From: Amoebidium appalachense
Taxonomy: Eukaryota > Protista > Ichthyosporea
Assembly (NCBI GenBank): GCA_963693365.1
Contig: CAVNZM010000009.1
Location: 10,420,243 to 10,484,242, forward strand
Reading direction: 5' to 3'
Length of the DNA: 64,000 bases
In this document: positions 27,268 to 61,904 of the stretch, piece after piece
How the letters are laid out: every line of letters starts with the position of its first letter
How positions within the stretch are numbered: the stretch's first letter is position 1
Made by a program: the position numbers and the translations under genes
The notes under the pieces: model-generated
What the model was told of the DNA's origin: nothing
Database searches by the model: none
Seen by the model: the letters and a program-made list of their open reading frames with translations, nothing else

Positions 27268-28420
27268 CTTCCACCACTGCCTCCTCAGAAGTTCTCCCTC
27301 GAGCCCCCCCCCCCCCCCCATGGCCACTGCCCCAACCCGTTGAAGGGTATCTGCACATATGTGTTGTGTGTGGCATGGTTTTGCGCCCGCCTAATGCAGG
27401 TTATTTTCCAAGCAAGTGCTTAACCTACCACCTATGATAATGAATATAACACAGGACGTTCCCTCTTCCAAGTGGCCATGTGCCCTCCCCCCCTCCCCTC
27501 CCCCCCCCCCCCCCCTCTCTCTTTCGGCACAAAACCAAACAAACAACAGCACTATTGAGAACTCATCGAGCTCAAATGCGTGAAATGAAATTCTACGTGA
27601 AAATCCAACAAATGAGATCTTAGCAGCTAGTGTGTGGAATTCCACATATTGCCGAATATGGCTATTTCATGAAGAAGGTGAGAGCTGATTGGCAATAATA
27701 GCGTTTGTTTGCGATCTCAATCGCAATTCTCTCCAAAATGTACATCGGATAAAGTATTCAAGCCTAGGTTATGAATGCGAAGACTAAGGGGGCTTGATTG
27801 TACCCTTCATTCTGTGTTCAGTCTACAGATTAAGGGTCTTTATGTTTCATAAGCAGGTGTAATCGCTATTATAAATTTAAACAAAAACACTATTCCCATA
27901 TGCCTGAATACGGCATCGAATCGTAATTCGTATATTATCTTATACAGTGCACATGTTTACCAAACTAATCTGTATCTCATGATTTTTTAACCCCTCAGGG
28001 GTTCCACTCCACTTCGAATTTCTGGCAAAAGGACTTAGTACCTTAGTGTCATGATACCCAGGTTTATTACAACCCTATTAGTAAAACCTAAATGAGCGAC
28101 CAGTGCTGCGACTATGCAAGCCTCCCATCTTCGCAGAGAGAGTCTTAACGACATTTGATTTGTCAATAGCTAGACGAACAAACTAAGATGGGTTTCTATA
28201 GTGTGTCCACACCTTGAAACGACCATCCAAAAGTTGGAAGGAGTTTTAGAAATACCAGTGAATAACATTCAAGTAGATGGCGTGATGACAACAGCTAAAT
28301 ACCACATAATAAATACCTCTGAAATACTTTTGCTTATCATCCGCTCCAGTTAGCAGCCACCACTTTTCGTCCGAGAAATAGCAGCTGAAAGATGCCTTCA
28401 CCTCCTCAACCAATCAGCAT

Positions 28421-45657
<17,237 letters not shown>

Positions 45658-46487
45658 ATTCAAAGAACTCTACGAACATAGACGTATGTTGAGGTTTTAG
45701 TGCAGTTGGCTAGTTTACTCATCTGGTGCACACACAGGAGTACACTGCTGGACCCATTTGGGGTGTGCTACCCCCTACCACCGCGCTGGGCCACTGAAAA
45801 CGCAAAATATTGCGCGTCCGATCGCTCTTCTCATTAAAATGCGCTTCCAAGTTCGACATTCAACGTCTAGCGCTAACCGTCACCTGTCAAGCTCGTGCAA
45901 CAACAGCAGCTCCTAACTACTATACGCTTTTTTCCCTGCAAACTTCGGGAGTTGCGTGTCACCTACTACACAGCAACCTGCCTACACAGCTGCGGTAAGT
46001 ACACACGCACGAACAACGGTGGATGTTTACTTTCGACATTCCTCAGCCCTCGCGATCTAGATCTGAAAACGGAGGCCGCGCCAGTGCCAACTTCCAAGAG
46101 CAAAAAGGGGAATGAGACCCCAGACATTTTCAGGCTGTGCTGTGTTACAAGTAGCTTCATACCTTTCTGTTGAGGTTTTATGTTTTTCTTCTTACCATTT
46201 AGGATTATGTGGATCTTACATGGTCCGTTTCTGAACCTTCCCGAGCAGCGCAGCCTGAGGGCCTGCTGCCGTCGCGAATACCGTTTTTTCAGTGAATGCG
46301 TGATTCCACTGGTTCAGTGCATTCCACATCGTCTGACCCAATCACTTGGTTCATCCGAAATACCAAGGCCTTCAAACAATAAAAATTCTGGCGCCTGCAA
46401 AACAGCATGCGGACTCACTCGGACTCGGGGCCCTGGTTAAAGGGGGAGATTCCGGTGGCAAGGTGAAAATATTAATTGGTAATCACA

Positions 46488-46581
<94 letters not shown>

Positions 46582-46654
46582 AGACAGTGTGTGTGTGTGT
46601 GCGTGTGCACATGTGTGCCTGTGCGCTCGTGTGTGTGTGTGTGTGACGGTGTAG

Positions 46655-46715
<61 letters not shown>

Positions 46716-46913
46716 CGCGTGTGTCTATGTGTTTGTGCACGTGTGTGGGCAATGCCATGTGTACGTGTTTAAATCCATGAAATCGGGTTGCGAAGGTCAT
46801 AAATTCCGGCCACCAAACTTGGCAAGATTAGTACGCGTGGATAGTTGGCAGGTGTCCATAGCAAGAAAATAGAAAATGCCGGGATATATATTAATGGTTA
46901 CACCTGTTTATGA

Positions 46914-50318
<3,405 letters not shown>

Positions 50319-50320
<2 letters not shown>

Positions 50321-50588
50321 TAATACAAGTAGGTCTGTGCGCCGGCTGTCGCCGGCGCCAAAACATAACGAGACAGTTATTGATGTTGGGTTGTGTGGTT
50401 GTTACCCTCCCTCTCCCCCTCCCCCCCCGGCCCCCCCCCCCTCCCTCGCCTCACGCCTCCCCCCCCCCCCCCCCCTGGCCCCCCCGCCTCACGCTTCCTC
50501 CCCCCCCCCCCCCCCCCCCCCCCCCCAAATCCTGCAGTTACAATTGCCGGGTCTGCCAAATGTTATGACCCTTTTCCCTTTCATTTAC

Positions 50589-50670
<82 letters not shown>

Positions 50671-51203
50671 CCCTTTCTTGCCACACTGTGTTATCAGTCT
50701 AGGGCCGAGAGAGATTGCCATTGCCGAAGTACCAAGTTTACTTGTGGTCCTCCAAAAACACGTAGCTGAAAACCACCAAGTGCAATATGTTCTAAATTGC
50801 TTGCAAAAATTTTATAATATTTTTATTATTTTGTTGTTTTACTAATTTTACAGAACTGTTTGGTAACCCGATGATATGCATGGACAGGCAATAAAACTTT
50901 CCACGTGCACTGAGTGCCAGGTGGGCAACATGTTTCCGTACTGATCATTATCGCTTTTTGGGAGCGTGGAAAGTGGAAAGTTTTATTGCCTGTCCATGCA
51001 TATCATCGGGTTACCAAACAGTTCTGTAAATTATGTAAAACAACAAAATAATAAAAATATTATAAAAAATTTGCAAGCAATTTAGAACATATTGCACTTG
51101 GTGGTTTTCAGCTACATGTTTTTGGAGGACCACAAGTAAACTTGGTACTTCGGCAATGGCAATCTCTCCCGGCCCTAGACTGATAACACAGTGTGGCAAG
51201 AAA

Positions 51204-51239
<36 letters not shown>

Positions 51240-51325
51240 ATGAAAGGGAAAAGGGTCATAACATTTGGCAGAGCCGGCAATTGTAACTGCAGGATTTGGG
51301 GGGGGGGGGGGGGGGGAGGAAGCGT

Positions 51326-51359
<34 letters not shown>

Positions 51360-51493
51360 CGTGAGGGGAGGGAGGGGGGGGGGGGGGGGGGGGAGGGGAG
51401 AGGGAGGTAACAACCACACAACCCAACATCAATAACTGTCTCGTTATGTTTTGGTGCCGGCGACAGCCGGCGCACAGACCTACTTGTATTATC
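50319..51493. repeat. Long inverted repeat: arms ~50319-50904 and ~50973-51493 with a 68-bp spacer
   Basis: The arms are near-exact reverse complements apart from C/G-tract lengths (e.g. GGCAATAAAACTTTCCAC vs GTGGAAAGTTTTATTGCC, and GATAATACAAGTAGGTCTGTGCG vs CGCACAGACCTACTTGTATTATC). Both match 46913-47465. Confidence 0.93.
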
Positions 51494-51794
51494 TATAAGC
51501 ACAACTTCTGAGATTCGCCATCCGGCTAAAGCCCGGCGGGCTTGTGCATTCGACCTTTGCCTCACGCTTAGCCAGCTAGCCTAAAGAACTTCAGAACTGA
51601 AACTCGGTCTTCGAATTCAGGCACATCACAGTCATTATTCTAACTAAAAAGGGTTCACTCACGAAGTCTTCTACAATATTGATAACAGATGAAGATACAA
51701 AAGGGGGCGGAGAGGGAGGAAGCTCGAGGCCGAGGGGGCCTCAGGGGGGGGGGGGGGGGGGGTTCCGAATTTTGTTGGCAGGCCTAAGGGGCCA

Positions 51795-51829
<35 letters not shown>

Positions 51830-52244
51830 GGGGGGGGGGAGGGGGGGAGACCAACCACGACAAGTCAGGGCTAGGCTAGATAAATTAACATTGCACGGCC
51901 TGATCGCAGCGCAAAATCGCGTCCAGATGTTTATATACAAACACACACGATTCCCACCTGGCGCCGGACTGTAGCAGCCTCGAGCTCGGACACAAGGGTT
52001 GTCTCTCTATCTCTATATCTCTCTCTCTCTCTCTCTTTCTCTTTCTCTCTCCCTCCCATTCTATAATAATCTCATATATACATACATCACAACTTTTACT
52101 CATAACTAAAAACTCCCTACAAAAATTATAAAGATAATTTTGTTCTTATTATTATTATTATCACTGATATTACTCTTATTATTACCAATAATATTTTGCC
52201 CATGCTCACCGATCACAATGAACCACACGTGGCTGTGTGTTTGT

Positions 52245-52328
<84 letters not shown>

Positions 52329-52443
52329 GTGTGTGTACATGTGTGCGTGTGTGCGTGCGTGCACGCGCGTGTGCGTGTATTTTTGTGTGTGTGCGCGCGC
52401 GTATGTGTGTACGTATACACGTGTGCGTGTGTGTGCGTGTGTG

Positions 52444-52475
<32 letters not shown>

Positions 52476-52794
52476 CATGATGTGTGCGTGCATGCGTGCG
52501 TGCGTGCATCTCGGCGTCGGCGTACATGCGTGTGCGCACGTGCGCGCGCAAGTGTGTTTGTACACGTGTGTGTGTGTGTTTGTGTGTGTGTTTTTCACGC
52601 GTGTTGCAGTTCCTGTCTGTGTTTGTGCGTGTGTGTGTGTGCATGTGTGTGTGTACATGTATGCACGTGTGTGTGTACGTGTGTTTGTGTGTACATGTGT
52701 GTGTGCCTGCGTGTGCGTGCGCGCACGCGTTTCGAATCCGCGAGTCGGAATCCACATGTGTGTGGTGACAAGCAAGTGTGTTGATTTCTGCCAC

Positions 52795-52889
<95 letters not shown>

Positions 52890-54472
52890 ACGGTGTGCAC
52901 ATTTAGTGGATGTGAGCATATGATTTGTGTGTGTGTACCGTGTGCCGCATCACCCGTAGCGCTTGCACATGGGTTGGGAAATTGTGAATAAACCTTGTGC
53001 AGTACTGACTATGCTGACATCACTGCTGACATGTGTGGTGTAGAACTTTGTGTGACCTAATTTTTTTCACTGATTAAGGCTGGTTTTACAATAATACAGA
53101 GGCTCCGCGCTGTGTGTAAACATGTGTGTGGGGCAGGGGGGGAGGGGGGGAGAGGGGGGGGGGGGGGGGGGGGAGGGGGGGGGGGGGGGGGAGGGGGGCG
53201 GGTACGTTGGGTACGTTGGATCTGAAAACTGAAAATGGGGCTTGTGGACCAGGCAAAACGGCGAACCATTTTTTTTTTCTTTTTCTTTTTCTTTTTTTTT
53301 TTTTTTGGGGGGGGGGGGGGAGCATATATGACGGGGAGGGGGGGGGGGGGGGGGGGGTTCGGCCAACGATTTGAAGCCCTAAAGCTTTGTGTGTGTCACA
53401 CGGTGTGGTCATGTGTCTGCTGCCACAATGTCATTGCTTTTTTGGATTATTGATTGGTTGAAAGAAGTGGGTGGGTGCGGGTGGGTTGGGGCCGGGGGGC
53501 TGCAATTTCCAATGGGGGGTTGAGGGATTTTAGAACGTTCTGGGGGGTTCTGGCGGTACCGGTGGGCGGGGTGGGGGTTCGAGTGGGGGGGGAGGGGGGG
53601 GGGCGGGGGGGGGGGAGGAGGGGATGCAGATGTAATTACATCTATATACGACTGTTTTTGCTTACCAGATGCTGTCACAAATAGGCCAAGGTTAAACTTG
53701 AACCCCAAAGTCACTCGGAGCCATTATAATTATGCACACTCGCAGCAGTATGATAATACTTCATTGGGTCCCTTTGTCAAATCAAGCATTGTTTACAGTG
53801 TACACACATGTTCTTAGACTAGCAGCAGATGTCTTCTAAACCTTCTTGTGACAAATTGTAGGATAAACACAGAGAACCCATGCCATATTCTTAATAGTTA
53901 GCACCTCATATGCATCATACATGCCTGCGGGCTTCCCCAAACCTACCCCCTACCCGCTACCCCCCACCAACGCGTTGCAATCATTTTCCTCAACTCTCCC
54001 AGCAGCTCCTCTACAGCATCTGTGCCCGCAGATGTGCAACACCTTTTCAACATCGGTTCAACCCGCCGTCATATTACCATCACCACTACGCTGTGCAATA
54101 GCACCGAGTGTTAGTAGAAATAATTACATAAAAACGAGATTCACCCTTCAAGTTGTGTATTTAGCATATTTTGTGCTACCGTTAGCTACTGGTACATAGA
54201 CACATGTACGCGTGATAACCCTCTAACGAATATTCACTCTGCTGGTAATAGGGGTCACTCACTTCGACATGTACAATAGCAGATGAATTTAGTTCTAATG
54301 AATCAGATGTATGTGCTACAGCATCATGTTCGCAGGCTTGGGAATGCAGGCCGTGGCACGCGTCGTTCCTATGATCCAGGAGAGGACATATGCGGTGTAT
54401 GTAACTGGGTTCTTTAATTTGAAAGGGGCGGAGACGGAGGGGAAGAGGGGGGGAGGAGGGGAGAGGGGCGCG

Positions 54473-54505
<33 letters not shown>

Positions 54506-54752
54506 GTGTGTGTGAGTGTGTAGGTGTGTGTGCGTGCGCCCGCGCACTTGATTGTATGTGCACATGTGAGTGTGTGTCTGTTTGTATACATACGTGTGGT
54601 TGTGTGGGCGCGTGTGCGCATGCGCGGTGTGCGAGTGTGTAAGTTGGTGTATGCACGTGTTGTGTGTGTGTGTGTGTGTGTGAGTGCGCGCGCACGTGTG
54701 TGAGGTGGGTGGGTGGGTGGGTGGATGCACGTGTGTGTGTGTGCGAACTTCA

Positions 54753-54806
<54 letters not shown>

Positions 54807-55099
54807 AGGGGGTTTCAGGAAGAGTCGCCAGGCACGTTTGGGTGGGTGAAGGAACGCTGGGGGGGGGGGGAAGGAGGGAGGGGGGGGCTTAATAAAAACA
54901 TTAAACCACAAAGACACAGCAAAAAACACCATGAGCAACACAAGCCTTTCAAAAGAAAACAAAAAGCGATCACGGAAATGGTATACACCAAAATGCGGGC
55001 CTATCCTCTTGTCCTAGCATTCCTTTGTTATATGCGACTTCCTCCATCGACCTGAGTACACACCAAACCTCCCTGCACCACAGGCAAGAGGTAGAATGC

Positions 55100-55652
55100 A
55101 AGGGAACTCTTTGCACGTGCTTCTTGTTTAACAGAATAATGTGTTCACAAAGACCAAAGAGCCCACACAAACACTCAAGGTGTGAAGGATAAACATGGAG
55201 ACTTGGGCATAAGCACGTGAGTTATACGGTAGCCCACCTCTATATGAGGACCGGGGGGGGGGGGGGGGGGGGGGGGGCAGGTCAAGGGCGCTTGCATGGG
55301 TTTTGGGAGCATGAAAGAAGGAAGGGAACTAAGAGTGGTTGTGTGGGAAGAGCAAGGGGGTGCGGAAGGGGAGAGGGGAAGAGGGGGGGGAGGAGGGGGG
55401 GAGGGGGGGGGGGGGGGGGGGGAAGGCAGCAGTGCGGTGTTAGTAGAAGGCAGTGGGGAGAGAGCAGGAAAGAAGATAGAGGAAGAGGATGTTCCTAACT
55501 GGTGAATGAAAAAAAAGGGCTTGCAAGAGAACAAGCAAAAATGTGAACGTATGCCTGGTGCATGTGGAATGCTGGTGGTGGGGGGGATAGTGGCGGTGAG
55601 GGCACAAAAGACGAGCGCGCGTTTCTTTTTGTGTTTTTGGAGCGAGGGGGGG

Positions 55653-55691
<39 letters not shown>

Positions 55692-56041
55692 ATGCAGTGT
55701 ACAGTAGAGTTTGCTTGGATGTAAATAGAGTAAGCTGCAATTGAAAACAATGGATGTGACACAAGACCAGAAAGAGAGATGAGGGTGGAAAAAAGAAGGA
55801 CGGTGAGATGAGCGAGTCGACAAACGAGTGAAACAACCACTAAAGGATACCACATGCTCTCAGATTCCATACTCCTACCAGATCCAAAAAAAAAACTATC
55901 GTGCACGTGGGTGCAGGAGTAGAAGCAGAAACAGGAAATATCATACCGTGTGGTTTGCACAATGTTTTCGAGGCGCAGACGTGTGCGGGGTGCCGTGGGA
56001 GAATAACTGCTGATGTACAAAGGGGGCGGACGACGAGGCAT
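55100..56041 (-). CDS. Possible small spliced hydrophobic protein divergent from WSS1
   Basis: Phase-compatible exons MPRRPPPLYISSY...VQTTR|SMESESMW|HTFTFLLVLLQALFF. Downstream exons could not be joined cleanly and no family was recognised. Confidence 0.25.
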
Positions 56042-56536
56042 AGAGGATGAAAAAAGGGCGTGGGTGGTGGTGAAAATGCGCCGGCTGCCTCGTTAAACCG
56101 GAAATGTACAGAGAAAGAGAGAAACCCTGCGGCATCCCTACAATATATTTTATGGCCGAGTCACCCACCACCTCAACAGTGTTACTTAAAGAGAACATAG
56201 AACACCGCGTTCTCTATTTCTCGATGCATGGTTGGTTTATAGTTTTGGCGCGGACTTTAGGCGTTTTGATTTGCTTACTGTCACGCCTGCATTTTGGACA
56301 TGACACAAATGAGTGACGTGGCAGGAGAGGCGCCTCGGGAGTCGGGACTCGGGAGTCGGGACAGGTCGGGACAGAGAGTTCCGAGATTCGACACATGAAC
56401 ATAACAAGTTAGGAGTCCGGAAGCATCTAACTTTTTGATACTCTTAGAGCATGCAGCAGAGGCAGTAATATATGCAGGGAGGGAGACACGCAATAACTCA
56501 CATCACCAACCCACCACCCATCCTCCGCAAGCAACC

Positions 56537-58077
56537 ATGTCCCTCAACACGCTCTCCGATATTGCGCCCAACGACTACCGTGTGCATAAGTTTGAGGCCC
56601 TGAAAAGGGAGGGAGAGGACAAGGCCATGGCCCTCTTAAAGAAACTCGCCGCACAGGTGCGTTAGTGCGGCATCTGAGATGTTTTAAGAAATCACATTGC
56701 TGTGTTTTTTAAGCTTAGGCTTAGTTGTGACCTTGTGAGGAAGATGGGTAGGCTAACACCATAGCCTGAGTATGCCTGGGAAGACATTGTAGGGGTGGTG
56801 TGTTGGTTGTAACTTAAAGGGGGTGCAGGTGAGGCCGATAATGAAAAAGAGGCAATGGAGGGTTGGCCTTCTTAAAGGTAACACACTGTCAAAACATCCC
56901 TTCCCAGGACCACCACCAACAACAACAGCCATGTCATTTCTTTTCCCTACACTTGCGTATAGGATAGAGAAATAATGAACACAAGCCGCCCATTTTACCT
57001 AGCCACACTCTCTTCCTCCCTTTCCCTTAACAACCACCCACCACCGCCAACACCCCAACAGTTCCTTTTTTTGCCCCCTCTTCGACCACCGTCATTCATT
57101 GGAATCAACCCACCCGAATGACCCGCTCATCACGCACGCACACACGCCAGCACGCTAGCATGTATGCATGCATGCACGCACGCTAGCACGCACGCATGCA
57201 CACACGCACACACGCTAGCACGCACGTACGCACACACGCATGCACACATGCACACACGCACACACACGAGCACGCTATCAAGCACGCACGGGCGCGCACA
57301 TTCGCATCAGTAAAACCTCATAGCGCTTTCTACTAAAGTGATATGTCATGGGCAGAGTTCACCCCCAAGAACCCCAACCTTCTTGGTCTAAACACCAATA
57401 GAGGGGAGATGGTGAATATCCGCCTACGGCCGGCACGCAACCTCAGCGAGTTTTATCCCTACGAGGAACTGCTTGGAACCATGTTGCATGAACTGGTGCA
57501 TAACGGTGGGTGTGGAGATTGAGGGGAAGAGGGGGAAGGGTTGTGGGGGGAGAGGGGGGGGGGGGGAAGGGGGAGCGTAAAAGGGGGGCAGGAAGGAAGA
57601 GAGAGCGTTGGGGGGGTGGGGTGGGGGGGGGGGGGAAGGGGGGAAAAGGGGAGTGCTGGTGGTGGAGGGCTGAAAGGAAGAGGGTGGTGGTGGTGGTTTT
57701 GGGGTGTGTGTGTGGGGGGGGGGGGGGAGGGGGAGAGGAAATGAAGAAGACAGCCCACTAGAAAAGCAACCCCCCCCCCCCCCGGCCCCTTCCCCCCTCC
57801 CCACCACCACCACCAAAAAAAAAAGGAGAAGAAGGGCTCATACACATACCCCCCGTTTATGTTCACACTGTCATCGTTGTCCCCTTTTCGGCCTGCTTCT
57901 TATTCGTACTTTTCTTTCATATACCCCCCCCCCCCCCCCCCCCCCCCCCAAATTCACCCTCTCCCTCATATATAGCTTCCCTTATAACTATAGGTGCATG
58001 CAAAGTGGGTATGGTGCAAGTATAGGGGTCCGGAGCGTGGAGGGGGGGAGGGGGGGGGGGGGGGGGTTAAAGGAAAG

Positions 58078-58115
<38 letters not shown>

Positions 58116-58952
58116 TAAAAGGGGGGAGGAAGGGGGGGGGGGGGGGGGAGGGGAGCAGGGGATGGGAGGGGGGGGGGGGGAGGGGGGGTACTATTACGAC
58201 CAACGGAAGAAATCTGTGACCATATTTGAGTGTGGAAGTTGGGTTTCGGTGGTGGGTGCGGGTTTAAAGAGTATCCTTCTGGATACAGACACAAATACAA
58301 AAACAGACACAGACATGCACATGTGAGTAAGGGTTTCTTCGTTTCCTTTTTACCCCCTTACATCTGATCACATCTTTTCAATGTCCCAACAGTCCACGGA
58401 CCCCACGACTCCAAATTCTACAAGTTACTCGATGAGATTACCGAGGTATGCCCCAGTACACATTACTCCTTTGGGTCGCAACTTTAGATTCCGTGTCAGT
58501 GTGCTGCTTTTCCTTCTGGTTTTTTTTTTCTTGTGGAACATTACCATTATACCCCCCTCCCCCCTCCCCCCACCACCACACCAATACCATTCCCCTATTC
58601 CTTTCTTCCACTTTCCCAATATATCTCTTCTAGCAAGTAGGAGACGGGGCGGGTAAGTGAACGAAAGGGCTCGTGTTTCTGCTCTAATGGGTACTTGCAG
58701 TACCTGTTGGATGTTGCATAAAATGTGTGAACACATGGTAAATGTTAAGTTTTTGCACACATAAGCAACACCCGCTGTGTGAAAATACACATTAACCATT
58801 TATTATTCACTTATACCTTTATATCCCTCTCACCCCCCCGCCCCCCACCCACCCACCCACCCACCCACCTACTCCCCATCCCCCCTCTCTGTCCCTGTCA
58901 ACACAAACCCTAACAAACATTCAAACAACACGTTTAAAAAGCGCACACACAT

Positions 58953-59005
<53 letters not shown>

Positions 59006-59673
59006 CAGGAATGTGAAAAACTGATGGCTGAAGGCATAACGGGGGCAGAGGGCTTCGATTCCGACGGCAGAAAAGTCGGGGGTGCCTTTAGAAACCCCAG
59101 CGATGCGGAAAAACGAAAATTCGCGGCACAAGCTGCGGCAAAACGTTCACAAATGAACACCCTTATGAGCGGTAGTGGGAGAGCTTTGGGGGGGGTCTGT
59201 ACCGAAAGTTGGTGGAAGAAAAATGACACCGAGAGAGTTGATGCTTCAGGCGGCGCAAAGGAGGAGAAAAGACAATGTGTGGTGTGGGGGGGACCATGGT
59301 GACGGGGGGGAGGATGGAGAGCTGTACAAGAAAGTGTGTGATGGTGAAAATTCGGACAAGGGGGGTCCTATGCAATTATCCGATGGTAGCCCACCAGGTC
59401 CAAAGAGTGTACCTGTCAAACTGCCAGCATCACAGCCTCCGAATGCTAAAAACCCCCCTATGCCAGCGAGACGTCTGCCTGAAAATGGTGAAACTCGGCA
59501 AACAAGACCCATAGGGGGGGTTGATGGGAGGGGCCTAAAACGGGAACGGAGCATGGATGGGGGGGATTTTTCACGCGGGCCAGAGGGGTGGGCATGTCCG
59601 ATATGCACATATGTGAATGCGGGGGGGTTGAAGTCGTGCGAGATGTGTGCATGTCCGGCACCAGAGGTATCCC

Positions 59674-59704
<31 letters not shown>

Positions 59705-59879
59705 GCCCACACCCACCCACCCACCCACCACCACCACCACCACCACCACCACCAGTTCATTTGTTTTCTTTTGTCATTCTTTCTTTTCTCTATATCTACT
59801 CTCTCGCTCTCTCTCAGACTTCTTTTCTTTCCTTTCCTTTTCCCCCTTTTTTTTGGGTGTGTGTGTGTGTGTGTGCGTG

Positions 59880-59967
<88 letters not shown>

Positions 59968-60240
59968 TGTGTGTGTGTGTGTGTGTGTGTGTCTTAAGGT
60001 TTTTTTTTTTTTGTGTGTGTGGAGGGGGGGGGGGGGGGGGGGGGGGGGGAGGAAGAGGGGGAGAAGGGGGGGGGGGGGGGGGGGGAGTAATACGATACTG
60101 TCTTGCTGAGTGGGTGTTTTTCATTTAGTGCTCAGTTCTTGTAGAGTTTGAAGAACTGAAAATCCGTGTGCAAAGGGATGCAAAAGGATTGTTCAGTCCT
60201 GTTGAACTTTCACAAAAGGTCAAACTTCATTATCCCCCCA

Positions 60241-60277
<37 letters not shown>

Positions 60278-60408
60278 CCACCCCCACACCCTGTATCCCT
60301 CCCTCCCCCCCCCCCCCCCCCCCCCCCGCCCCCTCCCCGGCGGCCTTCCTTTTCTCTGCTGCACACACACACACAAAGACATACACACACACACTCACTC
60401 ACACACAT

Positions 60409-60448
<40 letters not shown>

Positions 60449-60666
60449 CACACGCACACACACACAATCACGCAAACTTAAACCACCCCCAACACCCACC
60501 CACACACAAACACCCCCCCCCCCCCCCCCCCCCCCCCCCTCCACCCCACACACACACACAAACACACACAGATACCAGCGCCTGCCCCCGCCCCCACCTC
60601 TCCCCCCACCACCGACTGGGCCTGCCCCCACTGCACATATGTCAATGCACACACACACACACACAC

Positions 60667-60746
<80 letters not shown>

Positions 60747-61050
60747 CCCTCCCCCACACCCCCCCCCCCCCCCCCCCCCCCACACACACACACCCCTCCC
60801 GCCCTCTCCCCCGCCCGCCCCTACCCACACAAACACATACAAGCTACCAGCGCCTGCCCCCGCCTCCACCTGTCCCCCCACCACCGACTGGGCCTGCCCC
60901 CACTGCACATATGTCAATGCCGTGCACGTGCTGAGATGTGACGTGTGTCTGCACGTGGCGCCTGGGTGCTGGGTGTGCCGGTGCACGTGCATCAACCCAA
61001 ATATGGAAATGGCATGCACGGCGTGTGGCGGGGCAAGGCCCTTGAGCTAA
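56537..61050 (+). CDS. WSS1: WLM-domain (Wss1-like) DNA-dependent metalloprotease with RanBP2-type zinc fingers
   Basis: Exons 56537-56656, 56829-56877, 57356-57505, 58393-58445, 59009-59666, 60844-61050 give LKKLAAQ|[16 protein letters not shown]|[25 protein letters not shown]...TMLHELVHN|[10 protein letters not shown] (HExxH-x5-H), plus zinc fingers [10 protein letters not shown]...[14 protein letters not shown]...CDVC and WVCRCTCIN...CTAC. One extra G in the G8 run at 59188-59195 shifts the frame. Confidence 0.9.
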
Positions 61051-61119
61051 TATTAGAGTGGCACTGGGGAGGAGTGTGGTGTGATGTGTGCTTTTTCTTT
61101 TCTTTTTTTTTTCTTTTTT

Positions 61120-61150
<31 letters not shown>

Positions 61151-61274
61151 GGGGCTGGGACGTGTCTAGTGGAGGCGGATGTAGACTCCATACTGTGCAT
61201 AGGCAGGAGGAGGCAGCAAGATGTACAGTGGTGCTGTGAATGAATTATGTTGTGAATGTCCATAATGGATTGTG

Positions 61275-61311
<37 letters not shown>

Positions 61312-61679
61312 CCCCGCCCCCGCCGCCGTTCTCTTTCCCCCTAAAAAATGCAACGTTCCACGCATGCAGAATATGGTCTAGGCCTCCGTTATGATGTGCC
61401 GTGAAAGTTTCCTTCAACTAATAGTGGGACAGATGTGGTTGTTCTTGAATATTCCGAATGACATGATTGAGCGCGCTAGTGTTGGATAGCTAGGTATGTA
61501 TATATTAAGATTGGTAGGTTAAAAATAGAATTCTAATCATTGAGCTTGCGACTTGCAAGTTGTATACCCTGTAACTATCCAATGCCAACATTGATCATGA
61601 ATAAAACACACGTGGATATATACACGTGCAAGCAAAGGGAATCGTGTAGGCATGTCGGGCCGTTTGTTTTTTTTTTCCC

Positions 61680-61753
<74 letters not shown>

Positions 61754-61904
61754 CTGAATTGATGAACGGAGTATGTAGACCTCGAGGATCCATATATTTT
61801 TGCTGTGCATGTGACTATCGATATTGGTGTGTAGCTGTTGGTGTTGGTGGGTGCACGTGTGTGTGGTTGAGTGGGCCAGTGCGCGGACTTGTCGTGTGTG
61901 CACG

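Noticed and set aside
59188-59195. Programmed frameshift or pseudogene in WSS1
   Set aside because: A single extra G in a G8 run of an otherwise intact gene is most simply a homopolymer sequencing error; this needs a read check.
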